From Chara braunii (lineage: Eukaryota > Plantae > Charophyceae): a DNA stretch of 64,000 nucleotides. The notes under the pieces are model-generated. The model was not told where the DNA came from, ran no database searches, and saw only the letters and a program-made list of their open reading frames with translations. This document shows positions 1 to 11,756 of the stretch, piece after piece (positions within the stretch are counted from its first letter, which is position 1; each line of letters opens with the position of its first letter). The translations under genes and the position numbers were made by a program. Location: the NCBI GenBank assembly GCA_003427395.1, contig BFEA01000037.1, positions 1,653,821 through 1,717,820 of the forward strand, in the 5' to 3' direction.

Positions 1-2801
1 GAGCAAATAACCATTTATTCGTTACCACTCCAATTCATCATAGAACTCTTTATCATAATTTTGCGCTCGATGTTAGCTTTGTGTTCAACCACTTTACTCA
101 GATCACTTTTCTTATTCCGTTGCACATCTAGCTCACGAGATACATATAGTCGCTCTCTTGTCTCCCTTAGTAGCGCCTCCCTCTACTTTTGCAATATCCC
201 CTCAGCCTCGATTTTCGTAGTTGCACGTCTCTTAACCTTTAATTTTTTTGGCATCATGCCTGAGGCATGTCGTGGACATGGAAGAGGGAAAGGTGGAAGA
301 GAAGGGAAGGGTTTAAAGGAGCCAGCACCGTGCGCCTTGTAAGGGTTCAAAGGAGCCAGCATCGTGTGCCAGAAGGCACATCAGCTCGGAGTTGGATGAA
401 GAAGAGAGGTAGGGTGTGGGACCCACTCAAGGGTCTGCCCACTCCACTCATTCCCTAGGTGGTACGAGAGAACTTCATCCCCAACGAGGATGAAATACTA
501 TCAAAAGAAATATGAGGCACGCGACGGCGCTCCCGACACTTCTTCCCCTCCATATTCCCCAGAGCACCTATCACCCTTGCAATAAGGGATAGCAAGATCA
601 CGCAAGAGCGATGGAGACAAATGGCGCAGCGATGGAGAGAGATCGCGCAAGAGTGACAGAGAGAGATCGCGCAGAGATGGAGAGAGTTCGTGCTGGAGAA
701 AGATGGCGCAACGATGGAGAGAGGTCACACTGTCGGTGCGGATACCCTTACAAGGGTACTCGCACTGGGTTTTTGCAGTTGACAGAGAAAATGGGTCGAT
801 TCATAATTAATGGGAAGACCCCGCGAGTCGTAGGGGTCCGCGGGTTAAAGGTTCGGCGGTAACATCTAGGACTAGGGAGTGTGTGGGCGCGCAGGTTTGA
901 GACGCGCGTGATTTTTCCCTCTTTGATCGCAATAGAAGACGCAGCGTGGATTCTGGTCGACGTGCTTCATTATAACAGTTGTTTGTTTTGATTAAATTGA
1001 CTAACCTATGGGCGCTCTTTTCTTTGGTTCCGCATGGTACGGTGGACGGCTCAATGAGCCTGTTTACGCGGAAATCCAGATGATGGGATCTGATGGATTT
1101 GGCTAAGGATGGGTAGGCCGACGTGAGTTTGGGTGGTCCTCTGTGCAAGTGTGGGCCGGGAAGTGGCGTAGGGCGTTTCCTTGGCCCCAAGGGCCGTGCG
1201 CTACCTCTTTATAAGGTGAGTCAAGCCTGCTGGTACCAGGCTTGGGCCTACCCTATAGGTTACAACACCAGACTGGTACGCAGCAGAAGCAGGGATCGAG
1301 GCCAACAGCAGGCGGCGTGGGAGCGGAGCATGGTGAAAAGGCTTGAGGGGTTGATGGGCCTGTGGGACTATCCCCCTCGCCTTTTGTTGCCGCAGGGCCG
1401 AGCGTGGGGCTGACGGGCAGGCTGGGAGGGGTGTTGTGGTCCCCGCCCGACTACCGCTCGTCCCCGTTGTATATATATATATATATATATTCTATTTGAC
1501 GATATATATATCTAATCTTATTTAGCTATTATTATTATCGCGCCCGTATGTGGACGCGGAAACACAGCGGGAGCACACCGTTGAGCTGTTGAAATCCCGA
1601 CCTGAGTTCGGAGTTGGATGATGGGACTTGACGAGTAAAATCGATTAACCAGAGGGCGGTCATCCCCGCGGCCCCGGCAGTGTCCCTCGGGGTATCCGGT
1701 GACACTTGAAGCGATAGGAGGGAGGACTACATGGCCTCGGTGCAGGGATGAAAAGGGTAAAAGGCGGGGGCCGACGGCACTCGAGTACCGCCGGGCCAAT
1801 TGGTCGAAGTACGAGACGCTAGTGACTGCACTACGAGGTGTTGGTGGTTGACTGCAACAGGGAGAAGGACAAATGAGATGAGGGAGAAAGAGGCCGGTAG
1901 AGCGGTAGCAGTTCCGCACCCTGGGGAGGGATTTTTTTTGTCATTTTAGTTTACCATCCTTTTTTTGCATTCTATGTTATTTCGCTCTCATTACTATCCG
2001 TGGTCCAGTTTGACTTAGGGCGTGGTACCGCGGCTGGGTCTGTCGGGGCATCCGTTAGTATTAGAGCAATGTAGAGAAGATTAGCACGGCCCCTGTAAGC
2101 AGAGGGTAGGGTAGGTATAAGATAAAAAGGGGGTAGGACCGCGGTTGAGGACTGTTGGAGTGCCGAATGCCCTCACATTGTGCGGTGTGAGAGGCCGGGG
2201 GTGAACCCGAGTATGAAGTAGAACCGGGTGCATGCGATGAGCCCCGGGCGGAGAAAGGCAGCGGGCGATGGAGTTAGCCAGGCAACGCGGAGCAAGCAGG
2301 CGGGGTACGCCGGGGGCTGGACGCAGCGGGCAGACCAGTGAGCTCCCAAAGTATAAGTGGAGAGGCAGCGCTCGGCTGCTCACTTATTCCTGCGGGAGCA
2401 ATGCGGAAGCGCTGCCAGGGTGGCTCACGCTGGGAGGTCGGTGGTAGTACGGTGAGGTGCAGGCAAGGCCCAAGAGGGAGAGAGAGCGGGCCAGCCCTGT
2501 CTGAATCCGGACGGGGAGTCGGGTTGGTGCGCGTATAGGAGGAATCCGGACGTGACGTTGCGCCGCGTGCATGGAGAGGCCTGAAGAGATAAGCAGGGCG
2601 AAGGAGGCAGGAGACCGGGCAGAAGGGCTGAGGCATCTGGCGCCGCTCTAACCGTGACGGGCAGCGAAGAGGCAGGCCGCGGGGGAACGAAGGGAAGGCG
2701 ACGTATCTGGACGGGGAACCACCCCGGGTCCATGTACGGAAATGGGTGGGAAACAGGGACGACCGAGGGAGATGAACCTGGCCCAGGTCGCCACCTGGGT
2801 G

Positions 2802-3659
2802 CTGTGTGTCCGATTTTGAATTCAACGAGGCTTCCCCGTTGAAAAATTCAACGCGCGTTGAATTCCCGTTAAACTCCCATTCAAACGTGAGTTTGACGCG
2901 AATTAACGGGGTCCGGGATGATTTGTTTCCTGGGCTAAAAATTATCCAAAAAAAAAAACAAAAAATATGGGGTTGTAGGTTTTTTTTAGGACTACAACCT
3001 TGTATTTTTATTTTTATTTTTTGATGCTTAAATATAGTTTTTAAAAATCAAAAACATAAACATACAATAAAAAAACAGAAACTAAAATGAAATAAGTGTT
3101 TTTGTTTTGGGTTTCACACAGATTTTGTAATGGCTAAAACGAAAACAAAAAAAACAAATAAAAAATATAGGGTTGTAGATCTTTCAAAGATGTATAACAA
3201 TTTATTTTTTCTTTTATTTTTTTGGAACTTCGTGTATTTTAAAAAAAAAACAAAACCATAAAAAGCAAATAAAAAAAAGGAAAAAAAAAGACACACACAC
3301 ACACAAAATTGGGCCTGTAGAAGGTTGCATGCGTCCGGTGTCAGTTGGTTGAGGAAACCCAGGCCCTGGGTCGCCTGTTTAAATGTATGGAAAGCAGACC
3401 CTGGGTTGGATACGGGTACTGGGCCAAACACAGGCCAAAGGCAGTTGAGGGCATGCAACCAACTCAGGCCCAAGGCCTGTTCTCGTTCGTGCTGGGCCTC
3501 AGGCTACCAGCCCCTACTGGAAGCAGCCTTGGAGTAAACAGAGGCAGGCCACTTCGATATAGCAAAGGGCCTGCCTCCAAATTGGGCATTCGGGTGTTGG
3601 CTCCATGCTGCGTAAGCGCTGCCGCGCTGTAGCTCGCTGGCACTCACGCCAACAATCAT

Positions 3660-3717
<58 letters not shown>

Positions 3718-3913
3718 TTACAAATACACATATACACAAACACCCGTGCATATATTCATATTCATGCACAGACACAGTCTCACGCGCAGGCACACACATT
3801 AGTGACACATACACACATACGTGCACACACAGGACACCTACACACACATTTTTGAATTTAACGGGATTCAACGGGAGTTTAATTCCCCCGTTGTCCGTTA
3901 AAAAGATACACAG
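2802..3913. mobile_element. Non-autonomous hAT-like DNA transposon nested in LTR A
   Basis: 8-bp TSD CCTGGGTG (2794-2801, 3914-3921); TIRs CTGTGTGTC / GATACACAG; repeated AACGGG/CCCGTT subterminal motifs at both ends; no transposase. Confidence 0.85.
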
Positions 3914-5717
3914 CCTGGGTGCATTTGGAACGACGAACGAAATAGCGCAGCGGGCAAGGAAAAGCAAAGAGTGGGCGCCGCGCCAGCAGTAGTAGGCGGG
4001 ACGAGTGGGGAGTGAACCCGGACGGGTTAGTGGGCCGGGTGCGTTCGAGGATGAAAACGGGAGTGGCTATGGAGGGAGAAGGGCGCTGTAACTTACTCGA
4101 TTCTTAGTAGAATCGAGCAGGAGAAAATTCTAGAGTGGGGTTTTGGGGGCAGGCGAGTCCGATTTTTAAGTCGGATTTCGCAGAGAGTTAGTGAGGGGGA
4201 GGAAGAGAAGTACTTACCTATAGAGTTGGCGGTGCGGGGAGAAAACAAAAGTCGAGCTTAATGCATTCATCCATGCTCCAGTGAAGGATTCATTTCTGCT
4301 GCGTGAGGGGTGGACGACCGTCCAGCATTCAACAGCCGTTAGCCCGCCTTAGGCCACGATCGCCGTCCCAGGCGGAGGACTTGCACTACTCATGGTCTGG
4401 ATCCGAGGCCAGACCCGCGTGCTGAATGTGAAGTGGACCTGAACTGTTGAAATATGTTTCGGTAGCTGCGGTTACTGCTGGATCATGCTGCTGCGTACCT
4501 CTGGGGCTGCGCATTATGCACAGACAAGCTGCTACTGGCGAAGTTGCACACAGACTACCGCTACGAAAGTACTGGGTTGGGGTCCAGCTGCTGCTGCGGC
4601 AGATTGGGCACGGGTTGTTAGTATGATTAAGGGTCATCGTCGCAGGAGTGCCGCAAGTATCCGCCGATGATTACTGTGTACCTGTCGCATACACCTGCGA
4701 GCCACTGAAGGCAACTGCTGTTGTCGCTGCTGACCACTGTTGTGTGCCACTGCGTTTGCTACAGTCTGTTATTGTCGCTGTTGATCCACATCGTTGTGTG
4801 CGGCTGTGCCAGTGGACTGTGTGTGAGAGCCACTATTTGCCACAGATTAGGCACGAACTATTGCTACGGGTTGCTGTGTGCCGCCACTGTTGCTGATGGA
4901 CTAAGGCTGGCTGCTGCGTTGTACGACCGACTGTGTACAACTGTCGTTGTGCTGGCCACTACTGTTTGTTATTGCTGTTGACCCCCGCCGCCTACCGCTG
5001 CTGCGTCTAAAGGACTGTTGCAAGGAGCTGTGTGGCCACGGGTAGGTTGATGAGAATTGTTGAAATCCAGAGAGGGGATCAGATTGGGCAAAGTAGAAGG
5101 ATAGGGCAGAAGTCTAAGGAGTCAGCAGAAGTTTGACTTCAGTGGTTTAACCCAGAGAGCTGACCAAACTGTCACATTGGCTGCCATTGCGAGGCCCTAA
5201 GGAGCATCAAGATTACGAGGCCCTCTTCAGTGAGGTTGAGAGCACCCCCCTTGTATCTGAGAGTCTCAAACCATCTACTTCTACCCTTCTTACTCTAAGT
5301 CTGGTCCTGATTTGAGGGGAAGGCGGCAGGCGGGATTGCAACCCGTAGGACCGCACCAAGACTCTGTGGGGAGTCAACCCACCGATTGCGGGAGCTCTGC
5401 CGGAACTAAGGAGGAGTTCTGGAGGCAGGGAACTGGCAGGTAACCCATCATGTCCCTCTATACACCCGAGCTTTAACCCCTATTTGTATTTTCCATTGCA
5501 TCTCTGACTGAATATATGGTGTGCAACCCTATCTTATTTTTGGTTTGACTTTCAGGAAACTAAACCAGACTAAGTAAAGGAATGTCTTTTCAAGCTCAGT
5601 TTCAACTTATTGATTGTATGAATTCAGACTGTTGAAAGAAAGTGCATCTGGGGAAAGGCAGGATGGAGCTATGTTTTGCTTGATGGTTGATTGGGTCATT
5701 AAGGCTGGGAGGTCCCC

Positions 5718-6640
5718 ATAAGTTTGGGGAGACCCAGTGCTTTGTTTACTTTGGGTTGCATGGAGCAGCAGACCCTTCTATAAGTGTAGGGGATCTGAAT
5801 GCTCTGGAGGCTGGGATGTCCCCATAAGTTTGGGGAGACCCAGTGCTATGGCTTGCATGAAGGGTCAAACTGTTCCGTAAGTTCAGGTGGCCTGACTGCT
5901 CTGACCTGTGAGGGGTTTGATTGCGCTTGATTTCCAGGGACTTAGGGCGCTCAATAAGTTTTGGTGCCTTGGGTTGCCTTGTTTTCACTAGGGTTTGATT
6001 TGTTTCTTTGGTTTCTGAAACGAGGAGATCTGAGTTGTTCTATAAGTGTAGGTGGCTCAACCTCTTCCTGCTCTTTATTCTGAAGAAATAACCTTGGTAA
6101 AGGGGCAGATCCTTCTGTAAGTTCAGGGGGTCTGACTCGATGCCACACACATGATGATTCAGAGAGAAATGAAATTGGCAGAGAGTTAGATCCTTTTGTA
6201 AGTTCAGGGGGTCTGGCTCAAAGCCTCGCACATGTTGGAACCCCATGATTATAACTTGGTTATACTTTATTACTATTCTATCTAAGAACGAGCTAATCAG
6301 ACTGTTCTATAAGTTTAGGTGGTCTAACTATAGCCGTATCACAACTTGAAGAAAGTATAACTAAGAATAAAACAGGTGGTAAACTGGGGCAGACTGAACT
6401 TAAGTTAGCTCAGTCATATGCAGCCTTAGAAGACAAATGTGAAGATAAGTATATATAACTTGGATACTTTAAACAGTTCAGGGCAACTAGAGTGGTCTAG
6501 TCATGTGCCCAAAGAAGAGAAAAGTAGTCGTGCCCTCTGTTTGTGTATACTTGACCAAGTTAGAACGCTTTATAAGTTTAGGTATTTTGACTTTAGGCCT
6601 GGCTAAGTTGGGCGCGCTCTGTACGTTCAGGCGGCCTGGT
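5718..6640 (+). repeat. Dispersed motif RTAAGTT(C/T)AGG(G/T)GG, about 11 degenerate copies in LTR A
   Basis: Copies near 5718, 5780, 5824, 5878, 5953, 6042, 6117, 6198, 6309, 6572 and 6621. Confidence 0.7.
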
Positions 6641-6899
6641 CTATGCCTTATGTAAGATGGGTATAAAGGGTTAAATCATTGAGAGATCGTGAACTATTGT
6701 TTGTTCATGTTGACTTGGGACTGGCGAGAGTACGTACCTCTGTGGTTTGGTCTGCATGTGACTGAGTGAGGTTACTACTTAGTCCGAGTTTCAGATTGAT
6801 AGGTAGTTGCTTTAGTTGTTCGCGACGTGCTAGAGTCATAGGAGTTAGTGTCAATTCCAACATTTTCTGTAGTAACTTTTTTTTACTTAGATCAATTCT

Positions 6900-7490
6900 T
6901 GCATTTTTTGGGATATTTTCTTATACTTGGCTTGTATAAATCTTGGCAAGCTACTTTCTCTACGGGAAGCGCTGCCGAAATTTTTACAAATCCAAGAAGT
7001 TAGTTGAATTTTGACTTGTCAAAAGTTCGACTTTGTCTTTTCTTATATCTTACTTAGTAAAAATTTGGAAAGTCTTCTTTTCTAAAGGGAGTGCTGTCCA
7101 AATTTTCGTTAATTCAGGGAGGTAGACAAAATTGGACTTTGAAAAGTCAAAATTACGTTCAATTCCTGGACTTAGCCTTGTATAAATTTTGGAATAACAC
7201 TTTTCTAAAGGGAGTGCTGCCGAAATTTCTGCAAAACTAAGGAGTTGGTCAAATCTTGCGTAAGTTGAACTCAAGTCGTCTTTTGAGTTCATATCTGACT
7301 CGGTGAAAATCTGGGAAGTCTCCCTTTCTAAAGGGAGTGCTGCCCAAATTTTTGCTAATTCAGGGAGTTAGACAATATTGAACTTTCCAGAGTTAAAATT
7401 TATCTCTGCTTTCATATTTAGACTTATATAACTTTTGGAAAGACACTTTTCCTACGGGAAGCGCTGCCGAAATTTTCTTAGTTTAAAGGA
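6900..7490 (+). repeat. Degenerate ~123-bp tandem repeat, 5 units, in LTR A
   Basis: Core TTTCTAAAGGGAGTGCTGCCGAAATTT recurs near 6955, 7077, 7201, 7325 and 7448. Confidence 0.8.
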
Positions 7491-9743
7491 GACCGATTAT
7501 ATTTTTGACAGGCGGCGATTTTGATAGTCCACTCTGATTAGGGGAGATTTTTACCATACTGCTTAGAGATAGGTTTAGATACAGTTAACTAAGGATGACT
7601 TGGATAAGATCACGATATGGAGACTGTTCTTCATGAACTTATAAGATTCAGCCTGGGACATTGACCTGTCATGTGCTACAGACCATCTTGATCGTTGATT
7701 CAAGATCCGGACTAGATTCAGCTTGATCCCTTGAGGATCATCATCTGTTATCACTGATAACAGGTCGGTTGCCGATTCGTCGGTCTACGACTCAATTCCA
7801 ACTCACCCTCCACACTCAACCTAAAAGGCTTTAGCCCTGGTGACTTCATTGTTTCATTAAGGTTTCACCCGGACTTGTATAGAATGGCCATTTAACAAAG
7901 GTACTAAGTATTTAATTAAGATTGGTTGGACAGGAGGTTGGGGCTTGCATGGCTAAAGTGAAGGGTGTGAGTGTCAAAGATGGTTGGGGTTCACTCCATG
8001 TAGTATGTGGGCTGTTGATTTGACTCGTTGGTGTGATTGCAGGTATGTGCTGTGAATCAGATTCTGGATTTGGTTGCCTGCGATCACATGTATACGTATG
8101 GTTGTGAGGGACCCCAATGAGACTGTGAGAAGTGATCGTCACCTACTTAGCCCCTTATAAATGCATACACGGGTGTACCTGGGATGAATGTTTGCATTGG
8201 CTAAAAGGGCCCCCGTATTAAAAGCCTACTCAGAGGTTAAGACTGAGAGGCCTAGGGAAGACCCTTCCTTTTTATTTATTTTGCTTCTTGGGGTTTTCTT
8301 AGTCGAACGTTGGTTCTGGGCCGGGATTCAAGGTCCTTATCCACGACATCCCAAGCCCTAGGTTCTGCAGGGGAGGGATCCCCCCTCGCATAGAGCCTAT
8401 TCGCATTGCCCGTTGAGGCACCCCACCCTGAAGACGGAAATGTCGCGAGGGCCGAACGACATGTCCTTCAGCCGTTGAATATCGTGTGGGGTAACCCCCC
8501 ACAATACATTCCTTCAGCCATTCAATATCGCGAAGCCGGAGCCGCGATTACCATATATGGTTGACATCTTTTGGTTGGTATGAGACTGACCCACAGCTGT
8601 GCGGCTTTATAATATAATCCCGCGCGTGACGTTTCGTCGCCCTAGAGTTTAAAAGTTATGGGATCAAAAAGGACCCGCATATACGAGCGAACGCTTGGGA
8701 TTATTATAGGCCGCTGACACCACCCGAAAAGGGAAGGGTACCCCAAGGTCTTGTATTTTTCTTTTGGGATACTACTTGTGTTTTTTTTAAATTTATAGTT
8801 GGACGTTGTAGTCCGTGGCAGCCGTCAAAGTCAAACCCCTTGACTTTTGCCCAGGCCTGGAGTAGGACTCACCTCCAGGGCCGCAAGAAACGACTACCAC
8901 CACGGGTATGGACCTGTGTACCACCCGCTCTGCATAGAGTGCAGAAGAGGGTGTGTGGTCTTCAACCGCGCTTGGCGGTTGTCCAGCGTCGAGGGACTAA
9001 CCCTTAAGGCGCATGTCAGCCGACACTTGAGTGTCGAATGCGACCCTCGAGATTAACGAGGGCCGCATAAGTATGGGCACTACATAGTACGTCATCATTG
9101 CGACTGCTTGCATACACTTGCATTGCGAGTCGATATGAGTAAGCCCTGCGTCCACGCGGTTTTATACTAAGTCTCACGCGCGACGCCTATCTGATTTCCG
9201 CATCGAAAAGTTATGGGTTGGCTACCGAGGGGCTAGGAGCGTTATCGCGTTGTTCAGTGTGTGTGTGTTTTATTTGTGTGTTCGTAAAGTAGTGTGTGTG
9301 TGGTGTGTGAGATGCGTCCTAGTCGACCGACGACGGGCCGCGCTTGGGACTTCAGCCCCCCCAAGATGTTGGTTCGCGTGCGGACCTGATATAGGCGTAT
9401 TACCGCGCGTACCCCCTATGCTACAGCGAACGAGAAACGCCCTCGGCTGGTCCACCTCTGCGATTACAACTGATCAGCTTTCGTACTGCAGACTGGCAGC
9501 TCAGCGGGGATATGCCCACCGAAGGGAGGTGACAGCTCCCGTAAGGTGGAGGTAAGTTGCGCCTCGCCTAGGCCCTATCCTGTCGTAGGGGCTCGCGAGA
9601 GGTATGGCTGGCGCACTCGGTCAGAGTGGCTTGCGGAAGCTCCATGTATATTGCGACGAAGGATTAAAAACCAACTCCTGCGTGACGCGGCCGGGAGGGT
9701 CCCGCGCTGCCCTTGTGCGATGCCGGATCGATGCGCCAACAAG

Positions 9744-9762
9744 TGGCGTCGTTGTCGGGGAT
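9744..9762 (+). promoter_or_regulatory. Primer-binding site, tRNA-Asp type (element A)
   Basis: TGGCGTCGTTGTCGGGGAT, 2 nt after the LTR-terminal CA; two C>T differences from the plant tRNA-Asp PBS TGGCGCCGTTGCCGGGGAT. Confidence 0.85.
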
Positions 9763-10086
9763 AACGGTTGCCTACCGTTGTCCCTGGTGGAACGACATCC
9801 GGGTGTGAGATTGAATGGGAATAGGCATAAAGGAATGGCGAGAGAGTAAGGAAAATAATGAGGGACTAAGTACTGGTAAGGGAGGCCTAGTGACTTTGTA
9901 TGTACACCCTGTTTACCTACCTGAGCTAGGAAAGCTACGAGGGACGGCTGTGTCCATGTCAGATGAGTATATAAGGAAGTTAGAGAGGGCATACAGGATA
10001 GACCCCCTTGAGATAGGATGCTGAATAGGCGAGTGTCCTTGTTTTTCTTATAACAGGGAGCCTGAAGGGAAAAGTCAGTCAAGATT

Positions 10087-11153
10087 ATGGAGAGCGGTGG
10101 TATATCGGATGGCACCGGGAAGATCCTGACGCTCGAGGACCTTATTGCGGCCATTGACCGGCATGAGAAAACTCCAAGTAATGTCCCTAAGGTCGACACT
10201 TTTTACTTCAATGGTGAAAGGGTCTCAGACTGGTTGGATCAGGTGGAACAGGCAATAGTGGGACTATCAGATGCAGTGAAATTCCAGCGGATTATGAGAT
10301 ATGTGCTTTATGGGCACCATCAGGAGGTGCAGAGGGTGGTCAGTGACGCCAATGGCGATTGGGCCAGGTTTAGAGAGGGAATGCAAAGGAAGTACAGGTT
10401 GGGCGATGGCCTGCTAACCACGAGAGACCTGGAAGCAATGAACAAGGATAACTTCACTACGATAGGGGCCTTCATACATGAATTTAAGAAAAGGGCAAGG
10501 AAGGTCCACGGGATCTCTGGGGAGACACAATGTGCCATCTTTCTGGGACTACTTACTACGTCGGAGGCCGAGGAGTTGACGGGTCATGGAGGGGGGAGTA
10601 CTAAGCTCACCTGGGCCACCATTGACAATGGGGTGGAAGATGGGAGCCTAGACCATGTGGAGCAGCACCAGGTATGGCTGCAAAGACAGAAGAGAAAGGA
10701 GAGGGATGCTACGGCATCCGGGACTCCATGGGTAAGAAAAATTATCACCGACATACTGACAGAGCTAGACCCGGTGATACAGAGAAAGGTGGCAACGGCG
10801 ATTCAGGGAAAGGCCAAAGAGGCCGTGACAGAGGAAGCTGCCCAGGAAGGGTGGGAAGAAGAGGAGGCGGTGCCCCCGCACCTCTCGAAAGTGTAGCGTA
10901 AGCAGCGCAATTTGACGCAAGGGGGGCAATGTTCGGGAAAAGGCCAGATGCCCCAAGCGGTGGTAGTTACCTCCCCGAGTGCGTCGGCGCCTTCGAGTAG
11001 TGCAGGTTTTTCGCAGGCGCCAGTACCACCTTTCGGACAGTGCCCATGGCTCGTGATCAACACCTATTTACCTTGGGGAGGGCCGGCACCCTCTGGACAG
11101 GTAGTACCCTATGCTGGGCCGCAGACGAGTATGCCGCCCCCTATCTATCCCGC
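10087..11153 (+). pseudogene. gag: gag of element A, N-terminal part (capsid-like)
   Basis: ORF 10087-10896 with FNGERVSDWLDQVEQ...W.RFREGMQRKY, capsid-like; continues past one stop to ...PPPIYPA at the insertion site. Confidence 0.8.
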
Positions 11154-11723
11154 TGTTGCGCGCGGCAGTCCCACACCCAAACGTAAAGTAGTTTTTGGTG
11201 TTAGACCTCACGGTCGTGTCACGCAGGAGTTTCTTCTTGTCATTTTACGCGATACCAACTCCGACCGTGCGCTCGTGCTATACCTCTCACGACTCCCTAC
11301 GACAGGTTAGGGATCCCGCGAGGTACAACATACCTCCACCTGCGGGAGCTGTCACCATCCCTTAGGTGGGCGTATCCCTGCTGAGCTACTGACCCACGTG
11401 CGAAGGCTTTTACATGCAGTCGCAGAGGTAGGCCAGCCGAGGGCGTTTTCTCGATTGCCGTAGCATAGGCATACGCGCGGTAGAACGCCTTAAGACTGAC
11501 CCGTACGTCGTGCCCCGAGGTACTAATTCCCCGGACCGACTACCTAATCAGGTCGACTTTCTCGGACAGTCTTCCACGCTTAGCTATCCATGACAATGAC
11601 TCTATGTTTCCTTTGCTCATCATGTGAGAATGCCAAGGTCGATCCCCTTTGTAGTCTCCTATTCTCTCAAACAGAAGCTAGACAAATAACTTTCAGAACC
11701 CGACCAACTACCATCTTATTCAC

Positions 11724-11756
<33 letters not shown>

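Larger units (their letters stand above)
731..9741 (+). repeat. 5' LTR of element A (9011 bp including a 1.1-kb nested DNA transposon)
   Basis: Starts TGTCGGTGCGGATACCCTTACAAGGGTA, matching the start of solo LTR B (TGTCAGACCAAATACCCTTACAAGGGTA). Ends GCGCCAACA (B ends GCGCAACA), 2 nt before the PBS. Confidence 0.85.

Noticed and set aside
1-730. Possible degenerate minus-strand coding fragment and short GAGATCGCGCA repeats
   Set aside because: Interrupted by stops, cut by the window edge, and no recognisable family.
9604-9849. Short ORF sharing LPLSLVE with ORF 39950-40138
   Set aside because: The match is explained by nucleotide conservation of the PBS/anti-PBS hairpin; upstream parts are not similar as protein.
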